This document shows, in pieces, positions 27,113 to 37,125 of a stretch of DNA of 64,000 nucleotides (positions are counted from its first letter, which is position 1; the number at the start of each line of letters is the position of its first letter). Origin of the DNA: a virus (lineage: Duplodnaviria > Caudoviricetes). The stretch lies in the IMG/VR virus record IMGVR_UViG_3300017766_003100, positions 154,388 to 218,387 of that record; one strand, written 5' to 3'. The notes beneath the pieces are model-generated. The model did not search any database, had not been told where the DNA came from, and saw nothing but the letters and a program-made list of their open reading frames with translations. The translations under genes were made by a program, and so were the position numbers.

Positions 27113-28765
27113 ATGAAAAATTCAGAACAATACTTAAAAAGATTATTAAGAAAATCTATCAATGAAACTTTGGAAGAAAAAGCTGATAAATTGATGGGTA
27201 AAATAAAAGGATATGAAATGGGTGAAGGTTTTGATTCACCTGAAATAAAATCAATGAGAGGTGGTAAAGATTTCAATCCTGATGAATTTAAAAAAATTAG
27301 ATTTCCTCGTGAAAAGTTCAAAGGATTTGATGACGATTCAATGACTCAAGATGAATTTGATTATAGAGAATCAATGAGAGATTTTGAAGATGAATATGAC
27401 CAAGAACAAATGCGAAAAGAATTGTCCCCTGAAGAAGAACCATATATCAAAGATGATGAAGAAGTTGAGGATGATTTAAGTTGGTTAGATGATGATGATG
27501 ATGATGATGAAGACGATGACGATGATATGGATACTGAATTTGGAGGTGGTGATATGGAAACTATCATGGAAGGTGAAATGTGTGAACAATGTGGTTCAGG
27601 TAGTATAAGAGAAGGAGAGTGTAATGAATGTGGTTATAGAAGAATGGATGAAGACATATATGATGAATCTGAAGATTGGGGCAAAGGTACTCAAGACTTT
27701 GACTATGTTCAAGCTGAAGATGAAGAAAGAACGGAAGAAAATGATGATATTCTTGAGGGATATTGTAGTAAAAGTAGTCATAAATATGACGCACGTAGAT
27801 GTCAAATACATAAAGAAATGATGAAAGAAGAAATCAATGAAAAATTACATGGAAAACAACATAAATTAGATAAAAATAAAAATGGTAAAATTGATTCAGG
27901 AGATTTCAAACTTTTACGTAAGAAAAAACAAAAATCTGAAGTTGATGAGGAAGAGATGGAAGAAGGTAATAAATTTACTGGTATGTTAGCCAAAGCTCGT
28001 AAAGGTGATAAATTTACATTAGATGGTAAAACTTATACTGATACCTCTGATTATGATATTAACGAAAGTATTGAATATCGTATAAAAGATAGTTCAGGTG
28101 ATTTTATTAGACTTAATGAGAGTGAAATGGTTGATTTTATTGAAAACATTGTTAATGAACAGAAAACGAGATTAAAAGTTATGGGTAAACCAAAAGGATT
28201 AACAACATACGAAAAAGCTCATAAAGAATCTGGTAAAGAAAATGAAGAATATTTCAAGTCATTAAATAAGAAGATGAAAGACTATCTTAAAGATGGGTCA
28301 AAGGGTAAATATGAAATGGAACCAAAACATTTCCCTAAAGGTAATGGTGAATTGGCCAAAATGGATAAGAAAGCCTATAAAATGACTGATGACCTTGAAG
28401 ACTTCAACTACGAAATTGCTGGACAAAACTTCCCCATTCCTGATGCTATAGATTATAATGAAGAATGGATGGATAAATTGTTCCAAGGTGATTCTATGAC
28501 AGGTAATGCACCAGGTGGTAATGCTTTAGATTCTGAAACTAATAAGAGATTCAATAAGATGAGAAAGAAAAACACTCTTAAGAAAATCAAAGACCAATCA
28601 TACAAAAGAGTACCACAACCAGTCTTCAATGAAAAACCAGGTAATGATACTGGAAAAGGTTTAGGTTTAAAACTTGAAACTGTTGAAACTAAAAAAGTTA
28701 TTAAATTGAATGAAGAGTTTGATAGAATTAAAAATTTATTTTCATACGATAGAAAAACTCAATAA
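27113..28765 (+). CDS. 550-aa acidic scaffold/core-like protein with EF-hand-like motif
   Basis: Poly-Asp tract; LHGKQHKLDKNKNGKIDSGDF; several [IL]-x-E sites; late-type motif at 27091. Confidence 0.6.
   Translation: MKNSEQYLKRLLRKSINETLEEKADKLMGKIKGYEMGEGFDSPEIKSMRGGKDFNPDEFKKIRFPREKFKGFDDDSMTQDEFDYRESMRDFEDEYDQEQMRKELSPEEEPYIKDDEEVEDDLSWLDDDDDDDEDDDDDMDTEFGGGDMETIMEGEMCEQCGSGSIREGECNECGYRRMDEDIYDESEDWGKGTQDFDYVQAEDEERTEENDDILEGYCSKSSHKYDARRCQIHKEMMKEEINEKLHGKQHKLDKNKNGKIDSGDFKLLRKKKQKSEVDEEEMEEGNKFTGMLAKARKGDKFTLDGKTYTDTSDYDINESIEYRIKDSSGDFIRLNESEMVDFIENIVNEQKTRLKVMGKPKGLTTYEKAHKESGKENEEYFKSLNKKMKDYLKDGSKGKYEMEPKHFPKGNGELAKMDKKAYKMTDDLEDFNYEIAGQNFPIPDAIDYNEEWMDKLFQGDSMTGNAPGGNALDSETNKRFNKMRKKNTLKKIKDQSYKRVPQPVFNEKPGNDTGKGLGLKLETVETKKVIKLNEEFDRIKNLFSYDRKTQ
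27488..27530 (+). repeat. (GAT)n poly-Asp tract
   Basis: gatgatgatgatgatgatgatgaagacgatgacgatgatatg. Confidence 0.9.
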
Positions 28766-28813
28766 TATACATTCTGAATTTTATTATTATCATTTCTCCA
28801 TAAGTTTATTCTT

Positions 28814-29281
28814 ATGGAGAATTTTTTTAATTATATATCAAAACCTATTCCTTCTGAGGATTTGGAAATATGGTTCAGGGTAAATAACATTATTCCTGAA
28901 AAAATGGATTTGTTTTCTGATTTTTGTCAGTCACTAACTATGTTAATTCTTGAAACTTATTTAGGTGAACAAAAAGATAGAAATGAAACCAAAATACATC
29001 TATCATCTGAAGACAATTCAAAACATTTAGAATGGTGTTTAAATAAAACAATAGATAATTTCCAAAAAGAGGGTATAAAATTTAACAAAAAAGGTGAACA
29101 CATAGATTACTTCAAAAGTTTTTATAATGATGTCTTCTATAATCAGAAAGAAGAAAAAGTAAAAAACTCAATTAAAACATTTTTTAAACAAATATTTGAC
29201 ATAGATACACCATTTTCAAAATCTGATTTGGATATAGTATTATTATTATACAAAAAATTGGATAAGAATATGTCAATTTAA
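28814..29281 (+). CDS. hypothetical protein
   Basis: ORF track. Confidence 0.7.
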   Translation: MENFFNYISKPIPSEDLEIWFRVNNIIPEKMDLFSDFCQSLTMLILETYLGEQKDRNETKIHLSSEDNSKHLEWCLNKTIDNFQKEGIKFNKKGEHIDYFKSFYNDVFYNQKEEKVKNSIKTFFKQIFDIDTPFSKSDLDIVLLLYKKLDKNMSI

Positions 29282-29338
29282 CGTTTTTGTATTTACAAAC
29301 AAAAAAAATAAAATTAAACTTATAAAAAAAATAAACAA

Positions 29339-29521
29339 ATGGATACACTAGAAAAAATCAAAATCTTAACTGAAGAACTATCAGTAGACACTACAAAATT
29401 TTTCAAAGGGAATAATAGTGCTGGAACTAGAGCAAGAAAATTGGCTCAAGAATTAAAAAATGAGTTACAAAACCTTAGAAATGAAATTTTGAAAGAAAGA
29501 AACAAACCAGAAAATGTTTAG
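29339..29521 (+). CDS. Hc1/histone H1-like small nucleoid protein
   Basis: KFFKGNNSAGTRARK..QELK...LR matches the Hc1-family core. Confidence 0.8.
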   Translation: MDTLEKIKILTEELSVDTTKFFKGNNSAGTRARKLAQELKNELQNLRNEILKERNKPENV

Positions 29522-29702
29522 TTTAGATAGTTTATTTTTGTTCGTTTTTATCTTCTCAATTCTAACAATAGTTAGAACTTGTGTAAGGTTTATTAGCTCT
29601 CTATTCCAAAATCCACCACAAAGGTTCATTTTAAACAATAGAGAGCTATTATTTTTGGGGTTTGCCATATCATACATTATAACATATCTAATAAAATTAT
29701 GA
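29514..29702 (+). CDS. small two-TM membrane protein
   Basis: Two hydrophobic helices. Confidence 0.65.
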   Translation: MFSLDSLFLFVFIFSILTIVRTCVRFISSLFQNPPQRFILNNRELLFLGFAISYIITYLIKL

Positions 29703-30127
29703 GTTTATATAAAGAATTTTCAACATTATTCCCTTATTTACAATCCGTAAGAAAAATTGAAAACTATCTATCATTTGATATTAGTTTCCCTAACACTTGG
29801 AAATTACCCAAAAAATATGTGGATGAGAACAGGATTATGGAACAACAAAGTAATATACAAGATGAAAGATTGTTCTCATATGTGAGTGAAATAACTGAAA
29901 GTGAAATTGAACGTGTTTACCATAATCTATGTGGTATCATAAAATACAATAAAGAAAGAGAAGAAAAAGATAAATTGTTTGAAAGTAAAGTTGAAGAACT
30001 TAAAAAACTTTTTGAGAAACAAAATTTGGAAAAACTTAAAAGTCTATATTTTGATATAAATGAACCAAAACAGAAAGTAACACTTGAAGATGATGAAGAA
30101 CCAATCGACACAGACAAAATGGCTTGA
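29699..30127 (+). CDS. hypothetical protein
   Basis: ORF track. Confidence 0.7.
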   Translation: MSLYKEFSTLFPYLQSVRKIENYLSFDISFPNTWKLPKKYVDENRIMEQQSNIQDERLFSYVSEITESEIERVYHNLCGIIKYNKEREEKDKLFESKVEELKKLFEKQNLEKLKSLYFDINEPKQKVTLEDDEEPIDTDKMA

Positions 30128-30278
30128 GAAAGAAATACTCAAGGATGAAGTTGAATTAATAAAAGAAAAGAATGACTTTATTAATGAAATTAGAAAATTT
30201 AATAAAGAAGATATTGTACCTAAAAAACCGAAAAAACTAACACTATGGCAACGAATAAAGAAAGTATTAATGGGATAA
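30084..30278 (+). CDS. small hypothetical protein (true start probably a downstream ATG)
   Basis: ORF track; overlapping junctions. Confidence 0.5.
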   Translation: MKMMKNQSTQTKWLEKEILKDEVELIKEKNDFINEIRKFNKEDIVPKKPKKLTLWQRIKKVLMG

Positions 30279-30493
30279 TCGAAAAATTGGCATTAATATC
30301 TGAAGGTTTGGGTGATATATTACCCAACGCCAAAGTTGCCGTGGTATATTCACTTAGTAATTATGATTTTACTTTTATGAAAGCACAAGTGAATGATTTT
30401 ACAGATAATGATAAATTTAAAATAGACATTTCTGGTACTGAATTCATCTTTTTGAAAGATGAGCTGTTGAATACCTCTGAAGGTAATCAATAG
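30245..30493 (+). CDS. hypothetical protein
   Basis: ORF track. Confidence 0.6.
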   Translation: MATNKESINGIIEKLALISEGLGDILPNAKVAVVYSLSNYDFTFMKAQVNDFTDNDKFKIDISGTEFIFLKDELLNTSEGNQ

Positions 30494-31085
30494 GAAAACC
30501 CTCCTCAACTAATAATTTATAAAGATATTTTCTATGGATTGTTGAGTAATCATTAACAATAATACAATCCTTTTTTCCTTGTTTAGTAAGTTCCTGATGT
30601 AAGCTTTCAGTAAACCTAAGACCATCTAATTCTGATTTAAATGTAAATAAATTAATTACATCATCATTTTGAACTATAATTTTATTATTCAATTTAGATA
30701 CTTGTTTTAAACCAGGACCTTTAAGATATTTGGTTATGAAATATTTTGTATTAATTTTCTGTTTTGTTCTATAATCCAAAAATAACTCCTCCAACTTGTA
30801 TTCTTGAATTTTTAATATATTGAAGTTTTCATCATCAATTTCCACTTTAATATTTCTACCAAGATTATCTTTGATATAAATTTGGTTATTGTTTTTTTTA
30901 CCAAATTCTAACAAACCTAGTTCAAAAATACATTCTTTACCATTCTCAGTCCTTTTTTCAAAAATTACTTCAGAACTTTCTTTTATCAAAGAATCGTATT
31001 TCTTTTTGGCCTTATCCAAGGTCAAAAATTTCTTGATTATTCTTTGTTTTTCTTTATTTTTGAAAAGTACTATTTGATAATTCAT
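30444..31085 (-). CDS. hypothetical protein
   Basis: 213-aa ORF with no competing long plus-strand ORF. Confidence 0.75.
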   Translation of the reverse strand: MNYQIVLFKNKEKQRIIKKFLTLDKAKKKYDSLIKESSEVIFEKRTENGKECIFELGLLEFGKKNNNQIYIKDNLGRNIKVEIDDENFNILKIQEYKLEELFLDYRTKQKINTKYFITKYLKGPGLKQVSKLNNKIIVQNDDVINLFTFKSELDGLRFTESLHQELTKQGKKDCIIVNDYSTIHRKYLYKLLVEEGFPIDYLQRYSTAHLSKR

Positions 31086-31123
31086 AATTCTTAAAATAAA
31101 TAATATTAATATCTAAGTAAAGT

Positions 31124-32058
31124 ATGGAAAACTTATATGAAGTTTTGGGTGTGAATGAAACTTCCACTTCCGATGAAATAAAGAAAGCTTATAGAAAATT
31201 GGCAATGGAACATCATCCTGATAAAGGAGGAGATGAAGAAAAATTTAAAAAAATTTCAGAAGCTTATGATACTTTGGGTGATGAAAATAAAGAACTCAAT
31301 ATGATAACCAAAGAAAAAATCCATTTGGTAATATGGGTGGAGTGGGTAGTATGTTTGAAGAATTCTTTAATGGTGGATTCCATCACCAAAGAAAAACTAA
31401 TGCCCCTGAAAAAGTAATTAATTTGGAAATTGGTGCTATTGAATCATACTTGGGTGTGGAAAAAATAATTAATTTTGATAGAAAAATTAAATGTGAACCT
31501 TGTAATGGTAGAGGTGGTGAAAAAGTTAAATGTCATGGTTGTAATGGAACAGGATTTAGTGTTATAACTATGGGGTCTGGTTTATTTAAACAAATAATGA
31601 GACAAGCCTGTAATGTCTGTAGAGGAAGTGGTGAGTTATTTAAGAAAGTTTGTAACACTTGTGGTGGGTCAACAACCAATACAATAAAAGAATCTGTTAA
31701 AGTTAAAATACCACACGGAATTGGTGATGGACAATTTATGAGATTACATAACTATGGTGACTTCTACAATAATAGTTATGGTAATTTGGTTATAAGATTG
31801 TTTGTTGTCCCTGAAAACAATTTTGAGAAGAGAGAAAACGATTTAGTTTATCACGCATATATGAATTTGGAACAAATCCAAATGGATAGTTTGGATATAC
31901 CTCACCCAAATGGAACAATATCAATTAAACTACCAAATGAAATTGATACAACAAAACCTTTAAGAGTTAGATACAAGGGATATAAATCAACTGAACAACA
32001 TTCAAATGATAAGGGGGATTTAATTATCAGTTTACACGTAAAGTTTACAAGAAAATAG
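31124..32058 (+). pseudogene. dnaJ: DnaJ chaperone split by a 1-nt deletion near 31290 (error or real)
   Basis: J domain with HPD in 31124-31417; four CxxCxGx[G/T] repeats and C-terminal domain in 31333-32058. One extra A in aataaagaact gives [21 protein letters not shown]. Confidence 0.85.
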
Positions 32059-32191
32059 AAATCAAATTCTGTATCAGAATTATAGTACCATAAATTGAAG
32101 TACCCAAAATAAATAAGGATAATACACCTAAACCAATTTGGGTATTACTCAAACCTTTTTTACAAGAATTACAACTTTTTTCTTTTTTCAT
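32045..32191 (-). CDS. 48-aa CxxC + single TM protein (not in track)
   Basis: MKKEKSCNSCKKGLSNTQIGLGVLSLFILGTSIYGTIILIQNLISIFL*. Confidence 0.6.
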   Translation of the reverse strand: MKKEKSCNSCKKGLSNTQIGLGVLSLFILGTSIYGTIILIQNLISIFL

Positions 32192-32253
32192 ATTAGTTTT
32201 TAAGGTAAAAATATTATCTTTGTTTAAATAATCAACAATTTAATTTAATTCTG

Positions 32254-32261
32254 ATATTTAT
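32254..32261 (+). promoter_or_regulatory. putative late promoter
   Basis: ATATTTAT upstream of 32277. Confidence 0.65.
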
Positions 32262-32276
32262 ATAAAAAAAATTGAA

Positions 32277-33650
32277 ATGAAATTTAATTCCGTTCTAAAA
32301 AAACTAATACTTGAAAACTCAAGATTTAAGGTATTATATGATAAAATGGTTATTCCATCTCAAAAGGCTTTAGAAAAAAATCCAAATGCAAAAGGATTGA
32401 TGGCCTTTGATGTATTAAAACAAATTATATTTGCCGACCCAGATACTAAAGCTCCTGAAAATTTTGATATTGAAGGTGCTAACATTGATGAAATGGACAC
32501 TGTTAAAGTTGGTAAATATTCACAATGGATATTGAAACAATTTGTTATTCCTAATTTACCTGAAGAAGAAAAAAATTTAGACCCACAATCCAAAGAATAT
32601 AAAGAAGCTATAAAAAGATATAGAGCATTATTTTTGGAAGATTTGTTCAAAATCAAAGAACGATTGGAATTTTACGAAAAAGTAAAACAATATTTACCTC
32701 AAGAACAAAGAGATATTAATAAATTGACTTCAGACCAATTGAAGTATATTTTTGCTAATTTTAAACTTCCTGAGAAGAAACAAAAAGAAATTGAAAAGAA
32801 ACAAGCAAGACAAACAAGAGAAGGTTTCAAACATGCTGGTGGTAAAATTATCTTTGAGGGGAATGATTGGGTTCTAATCAAAATAGAAGGTAATAATCCA
32901 ACTAGTAAAGATGCAGCCATTTATTATGGTGGATTTAAAGATTATAGAAATGGTGAATCTGATTGGTGTACTTCAGGACCTGGATTAAGTTTTTTTGAGG
33001 GATATATTAAAAACGGACCTCTCTATGTTATTTTTCCACAAAATGATAATGGTGAAGTTGGGTCAAGAACAGGATTACCAAAAGAAAGATATCAGTTCCA
33101 TTTCCCATCAAATCAATTTATGGATAGACATGACAAACAAATTGATTTAGTTTCATTTTTAAGTCAAAAAGCACCAGAACTAAAAGAACAATTCAAGAGT
33201 GAATTTGCGAGAGGTTTATTTACTGATGGTGGAAAAAAAGTTGAAATTTCATATCCTAATAGTTCTGCAGGTAAATATGTTGCAATATATGGTTTTGATG
33301 ACTTGTTTGAGAATTTACCAGCAGATATTGAAACATTGAAAATTATCAATACAAGTAATTCATCAATTTCATTAGAGTTGCCAAAATCAATTGGGCGATT
33401 CAATAAATTAACAGCATTGGTTTTACAAAATATGGTTAAGAGTATTCCGAATGAAGTTGGGAATATATCAACATTAGAATTTTTATCTTTACCTGATAAT
33501 AAAAATCTTGTATCTTTACCTGAGAATTTAGCCGATTTAGAGTATCTATCATTTATCAATATTAAAGGAACTAGTCCAAATCTTGAAATACCTGAAAGAT
33601 TAAAAGAAAAAATGGTAGACCAAAAAGATGGATTTTATTATGTAATGTAA
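32277..33650 (+). CDS. tagged protein with WCT-motif domain and C-terminal LRRs
   Basis: MKFNSVLKKLILE; SDWCTSG...GPLYVI...YQFHF; LPKSIGRFNKLTAL and LPENLADLEYL repeats. Confidence 0.7.
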   Translation: MKFNSVLKKLILENSRFKVLYDKMVIPSQKALEKNPNAKGLMAFDVLKQIIFADPDTKAPENFDIEGANIDEMDTVKVGKYSQWILKQFVIPNLPEEEKNLDPQSKEYKEAIKRYRALFLEDLFKIKERLEFYEKVKQYLPQEQRDINKLTSDQLKYIFANFKLPEKKQKEIEKKQARQTREGFKHAGGKIIFEGNDWVLIKIEGNNPTSKDAAIYYGGFKDYRNGESDWCTSGPGLSFFEGYIKNGPLYVIFPQNDNGEVGSRTGLPKERYQFHFPSNQFMDRHDKQIDLVSFLSQKAPELKEQFKSEFARGLFTDGGKKVEISYPNSSAGKYVAIYGFDDLFENLPADIETLKIINTSNSSISLELPKSIGRFNKLTALVLQNMVKSIPNEVGNISTLEFLSLPDNKNLVSLPENLADLEYLSFINIKGTSPNLEIPERLKEKMVDQKDGFYYVM

Positions 33651-33668
33651 CCCCCAAAATTTACAATT

Positions 33669-33953
33669 ATGAACATCGATGTTGAAATATACATTAAGAA
33701 TTTTATAAACTTCTTTGAGAATAATCCAAATGAACTACTTGAGTTAATTGGTGACACACTCAAAGAAGTTTTTTATGATAAAGTAAAAGAACAATGTTAT
33801 AAAAACCATGATAATGGTGATGAGATAACATTAACACAAAAACAACTGATTGACATTGTTGTTAAAATTAAGAAAGGAAAACCTAATATAAATGTACTCC
33901 TTACCAATGGGGTTTTCCAACAAACAAAATTCGGATTAATTTCTTTGAATTAA
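33669..33953 (+). CDS. hypothetical protein
   Basis: ORF track. Confidence 0.7.
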   Translation: MNIDVEIYIKNFINFFENNPNELLELIGDTLKEVFYDKVKEQCYKNHDNGDEITLTQKQLIDIVVKIKKGKPNINVLLTNGVFQQTKFGLISLN

Positions 33954-33954
33954 A

Positions 33955-33986
33955 TTTGGAAATTATAAAATGAGTTTGTAATTTTG
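33955..33986 (+). promoter_or_regulatory. Bacteroidota-type promoter, cassette 1
   Basis: TTTG-N20-TAATTTTG. Confidence 0.85.
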
Positions 33987-34016
33987 ACCCATCGTTAACA
34001 AATAAGAATACAAGCT

Positions 34017-34232
34017 ATGACAAAAGGACAAAAATTTGAAGCGGTAAGAGATACTGATTTTTTGTATACTCGTAAATTAGGTGGAGGTCTTTTGGGCAGA
34101 AAAGTCAAAAAAGGTGATGTTGTTACTTTTTTGACCGAAGAAATGAGTTTTGGCACTCGTATGGTTAGTTGTTATGAATTACTATTATGTATGACCAAAA
34201 ATGAGTTCATAAGTAATTTTAAGGCAATCTAA
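34017..34232 (+). CDS. small early hypothetical protein
   Basis: Follows promoter cassette 1. Confidence 0.65.
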   Translation: MTKGQKFEAVRDTDFLYTRKLGGGLLGRKVKKGDVVTFLTEEMSFGTRMVSCYELLLCMTKNEFISNFKAI

Positions 34233-34248
34233 AAAATCTCATCCAAAC

Positions 34249-34280
34249 TTTGGAAATTAGAAAAGTAGTTTGTAATTTTG
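34249..34280 (+). promoter_or_regulatory. Bacteroidota-type promoter, cassette 2
   Basis: TTTG-N20-TAATTTTG. Confidence 0.85.
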
Positions 34281-34318
34281 ACCCATCGTTAACCAATAAA
34301 AATATAACAATATTAAAT

Positions 34319-34489
34319 ATGGGAAATAAAAAATTAACAACAGAAGAAGCAACAAAAATGTTGTTGGAAGTAAATTTGAGTAATAAGTATGACAGATTGA
34401 AAACTCTCTATCAATATGTGAAAGGTGGTTGGATAGACCAACAACAATTTTGTGTATTAATTGAAGATGTATTTGGTTTAAAAATTTAA
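34319..34489 (+). CDS. 56-aa early hypothetical protein (start revised)
   Basis: The track start lies inside promoter cassette 2; ATG 34319 follows it. Confidence 0.6.
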   Translation: MGNKKLTTEEATKMLLEVNLSNKYDRLKTLYQYVKGGWIDQQQFCVLIEDVFGLKI

Positions 34490-34517
34490 TTACCTCTAAA
34501 AAAAATCTCATCCAAAG

Positions 34518-34549
34518 TTTGGAAATTAGAAATTTAATCCGTAATTTTG
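34518..34549 (+). promoter_or_regulatory. Bacteroidota-type promoter, cassette 3
   Basis: TTTG-N20-TAATTTTG. Confidence 0.85.
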
Positions 34550-34585
34550 TACCTATCAATTATTCACCAATAAAAATATAACAAT

Positions 34586-35335
34586 ATGACAATCCAAGAA
34601 ATTAAGTCTATCGCCCCAGCAGTATTCACAACTTCAGCTGACCCTAAGATGTCTAAAAGATATTCATTCGTACCAACGATTGATATTATGGAGAAATTCA
34701 CCAACGAGGGTTGGGAGCTTAAATCCGTAAAACAAAATGGTACTGGTCTTTATGGTGTGCACGAATTGAGATTTAGAAATGGTGAACTACCTGCGGTTGG
34801 AGACACCTTGGTTGAAGCCATTGTTAGAAACTCACATAATGGTATGACCACTCTATCTGTAAGTGCTGGACTACACCGATTAGTTTGTTCTAATGGTTTG
34901 ACTGTACCCACTTCTACAGCTGAACAATTCAATGTGAGACATATGGGATTTGACTCAGAAGAAGTCAAAAGATTGACCGAGAGTTTTGCAACGAAACTCC
35001 CCATCATACAAAACTCAGTTGATAAGATGATGGATAGAATGTTGACCGAAGGTGAGAAAATCGACTTTGCAAAAAGTGCTTCAATCATCAAGTGGGGAAT
35101 GGGTTCAGTACCATACCTTGATTATGAGGAATTGATTACTCCTCAAAGACTTGGAGACAACAACGATGACCTTTGGACAACATTCAATATCCTTCAGGAG
35201 AGATTTGTTAGAGGTGGTCTTGAGTACAGAAGTCAAACTGGTCGTAAGACATCCCTAAAAGGTTTGAAAAACATTATGGCGACAAACCAAATGAACACCA
35301 AACTTTGGGAATTGGCCGAAACATTTGTCTACTAA
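34586..35335 (+). CDS. DUF932 family protein
   Basis: SKRYSFVPT.DI..., RNSHNG, AGLHRLVCSNGL, RLGD...DLWTTFN.LQE, N..LW.LAE. Confidence 0.85.
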   Translation: MTIQEIKSIAPAVFTTSADPKMSKRYSFVPTIDIMEKFTNEGWELKSVKQNGTGLYGVHELRFRNGELPAVGDTLVEAIVRNSHNGMTTLSVSAGLHRLVCSNGLTVPTSTAEQFNVRHMGFDSEEVKRLTESFATKLPIIQNSVDKMMDRMLTEGEKIDFAKSASIIKWGMGSVPYLDYEELITPQRLGDNNDDLWTTFNILQERFVRGGLEYRSQTGRKTSLKGLKNIMATNQMNTKLWELAETFVY

Positions 35336-35344
35336 AATTAAAAT

Positions 35345-35372
35345 TGGGGAGTTTACACTCCCCATTTTTTTT
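35345..35372 (+). terminator. intrinsic terminator after DUF932
   Basis: TGGGGAG/CTCCCCA stem plus T-tract. Confidence 0.85.
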
Positions 35373-35394
35373 ATTATAGTTAGGAAAAAAATAT

Positions 35395-37125
35395 ATGGAA
35401 ACTTTATTTGATTTTATAAAGATAAGCAAAGGTGTTGTAATACACAAAGATGTGTGTGAGTTAAGTGAAGAAGAAATTCTAGGTCATCATAGTTCAGATG
35501 ACTCTGATTTGGGTTTCTATCTATATAAAAACCGAAATATGTTTAGACACGAATATGATGTCTCAAGTAGAAGTTTTGGTGATGAAACTTATAGTGAAAA
35601 CAAAAAAAACATTTTAGCTAGAGTTAGTTTTGATAAGATACGTTTGATGGTCACAAAAACTGATGAAAAAGTTTCATTGAAATATTTTACATATAACTTA
35701 AATAAAAATGTTGGGGTTAAGTTTTTCACAAAAAACACAACCTGTCAATTCATTACGTTTAATTTTAAAACCAACACAAAATATACTGGTACTATAATAA
35801 ATCATCATAAGAAAAGATGTGGAAAAAGTTTCTCAAAAAACAAATGGAATCATAAAAGTTTAAAAAATTTTTCCGTACTTATATCTTCAGCATTAAGACA
35901 ATTAAAGTCGGATAATTTTGATGATTTACATAATTGGCAACTTGAAATTAATAGAGCTTTTGAAATATTCTTTAACAATATACCAGGATTAGATAATTCC
36001 ATAAAAGACCCAGACGATAGATTATATAAAAAATATTTGGATGGACATAACATTAAAACACCAAACAATTGGATGTGTTTTGAGAGAACTTATCCCCAGA
36101 TTACATTAAAGGACTTTAGAAAGCACAAAAACAAGTTTGTAGACACTTATATGGCATTCAATGAACTAAGTGGTGATAAGATAAAAAGAGTTCTCCATAT
36201 GGTCAATTCAACGTCAGGTGTTCTTATGTTTAGATTTGCTTTAAGACTATTTGGGAATGATTTTATATTATCACAAAATGATGAAATAATTAAAAACATT
36301 ATTGAATCAAATTGTAATTCCAATTTACAAGGATGGAATATACTTTGGCATCTTAAAAATTTTACCAAGAGAGAAATCAAAAATTGTTTTGAGGTTTTTA
36401 AGATGGTTTTGATTGGTGAAATAAATTTTAGCACATTTATAGACCACGTAATGACCAAGAATAGATTACATAATTTAGAACCAGTAAGTTGGCAATCAAA
36501 CACATATGAAAAATTTATGGAAGAACATTTTGAATGGTCAGAGAAATTTGGTTCATATCAAACCGCAACATATAATAGATATTACAATGAAGAATTCAAA
36601 AAAATTATAGAAGAACCAATATTAGGATATCACCCAGTCATACTAGTTAATAATAAAGAATATAACGTTGAAAGTTTTATCCAATCAAACTGTGTTAGAA
36701 CTTATGCAAGTAGACCAGAATCAATTATAATATCAATAATAAGAATGGAAGATAAAGAACGAGCATCAGTTGAATATAGAATAACTGGGGACAATGATGA
36801 TATTAATTTAATCAGAGTTCAATCACTAGGCAGATTCAATAAAGTTTTGGATGTTAGTTGGGATGAAATATTAAAAGTATTGGATAATAGAGTTGAATAT
36901 TGTTTAATAAATGATATTTTTAAATTACCCACCTTTGAAGTTAATTTCGGTAAAAAAACATTGTATAGTGAATTGGAGTTTAGAGATAGTCTTGAATATG
37001 CAATGAGACCAGGACAGAGGGGAATAAAAACAATTAATAAAGCCTTATATTTTTCTAATAGAGAAATTTATGATATTAAAGGAACAAAATTACCAACATT
37101 AGAAATTGATGAAACACCATTCTAA
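35395..37125 (+). CDS. PcfJ-like domain protein
   Basis: C-terminal ESFIQSNCV.TY...IISI...RASVEY...QSLGRFN. Confidence 0.7.
   Translation: METLFDFIKISKGVVIHKDVCELSEEEILGHHSSDDSDLGFYLYKNRNMFRHEYDVSSRSFGDETYSENKKNILARVSFDKIRLMVTKTDEKVSLKYFTYNLNKNVGVKFFTKNTTCQFITFNFKTNTKYTGTIINHHKKRCGKSFSKNKWNHKSLKNFSVLISSALRQLKSDNFDDLHNWQLEINRAFEIFFNNIPGLDNSIKDPDDRLYKKYLDGHNIKTPNNWMCFERTYPQITLKDFRKHKNKFVDTYMAFNELSGDKIKRVLHMVNSTSGVLMFRFALRLFGNDFILSQNDEIIKNIIESNCNSNLQGWNILWHLKNFTKREIKNCFEVFKMVLIGEINFSTFIDHVMTKNRLHNLEPVSWQSNTYEKFMEEHFEWSEKFGSYQTATYNRYYNEEFKKIIEEPILGYHPVILVNNKEYNVESFIQSNCVRTYASRPESIIISIIRMEDKERASVEYRITGDNDDINLIRVQSLGRFNKVLDVSWDEILKVLDNRVEYCLINDIFKLPTFEVNFGKKTLYSELEFRDSLEYAMRPGQRGIKTINKALYFSNREIYDIKGTKLPTLEIDETPF

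Noticed and set aside
31280-31300. Programmed -1 frameshift in dnaJ
   Set aside because: No X XXY YYZ heptamer, and a -1-frame TAA sits directly before the junction.
33950-34585. CRISPR array
   Set aside because: The repeats are promoter cassettes separated by whole genes; there are no regular spacers and no cas genes.
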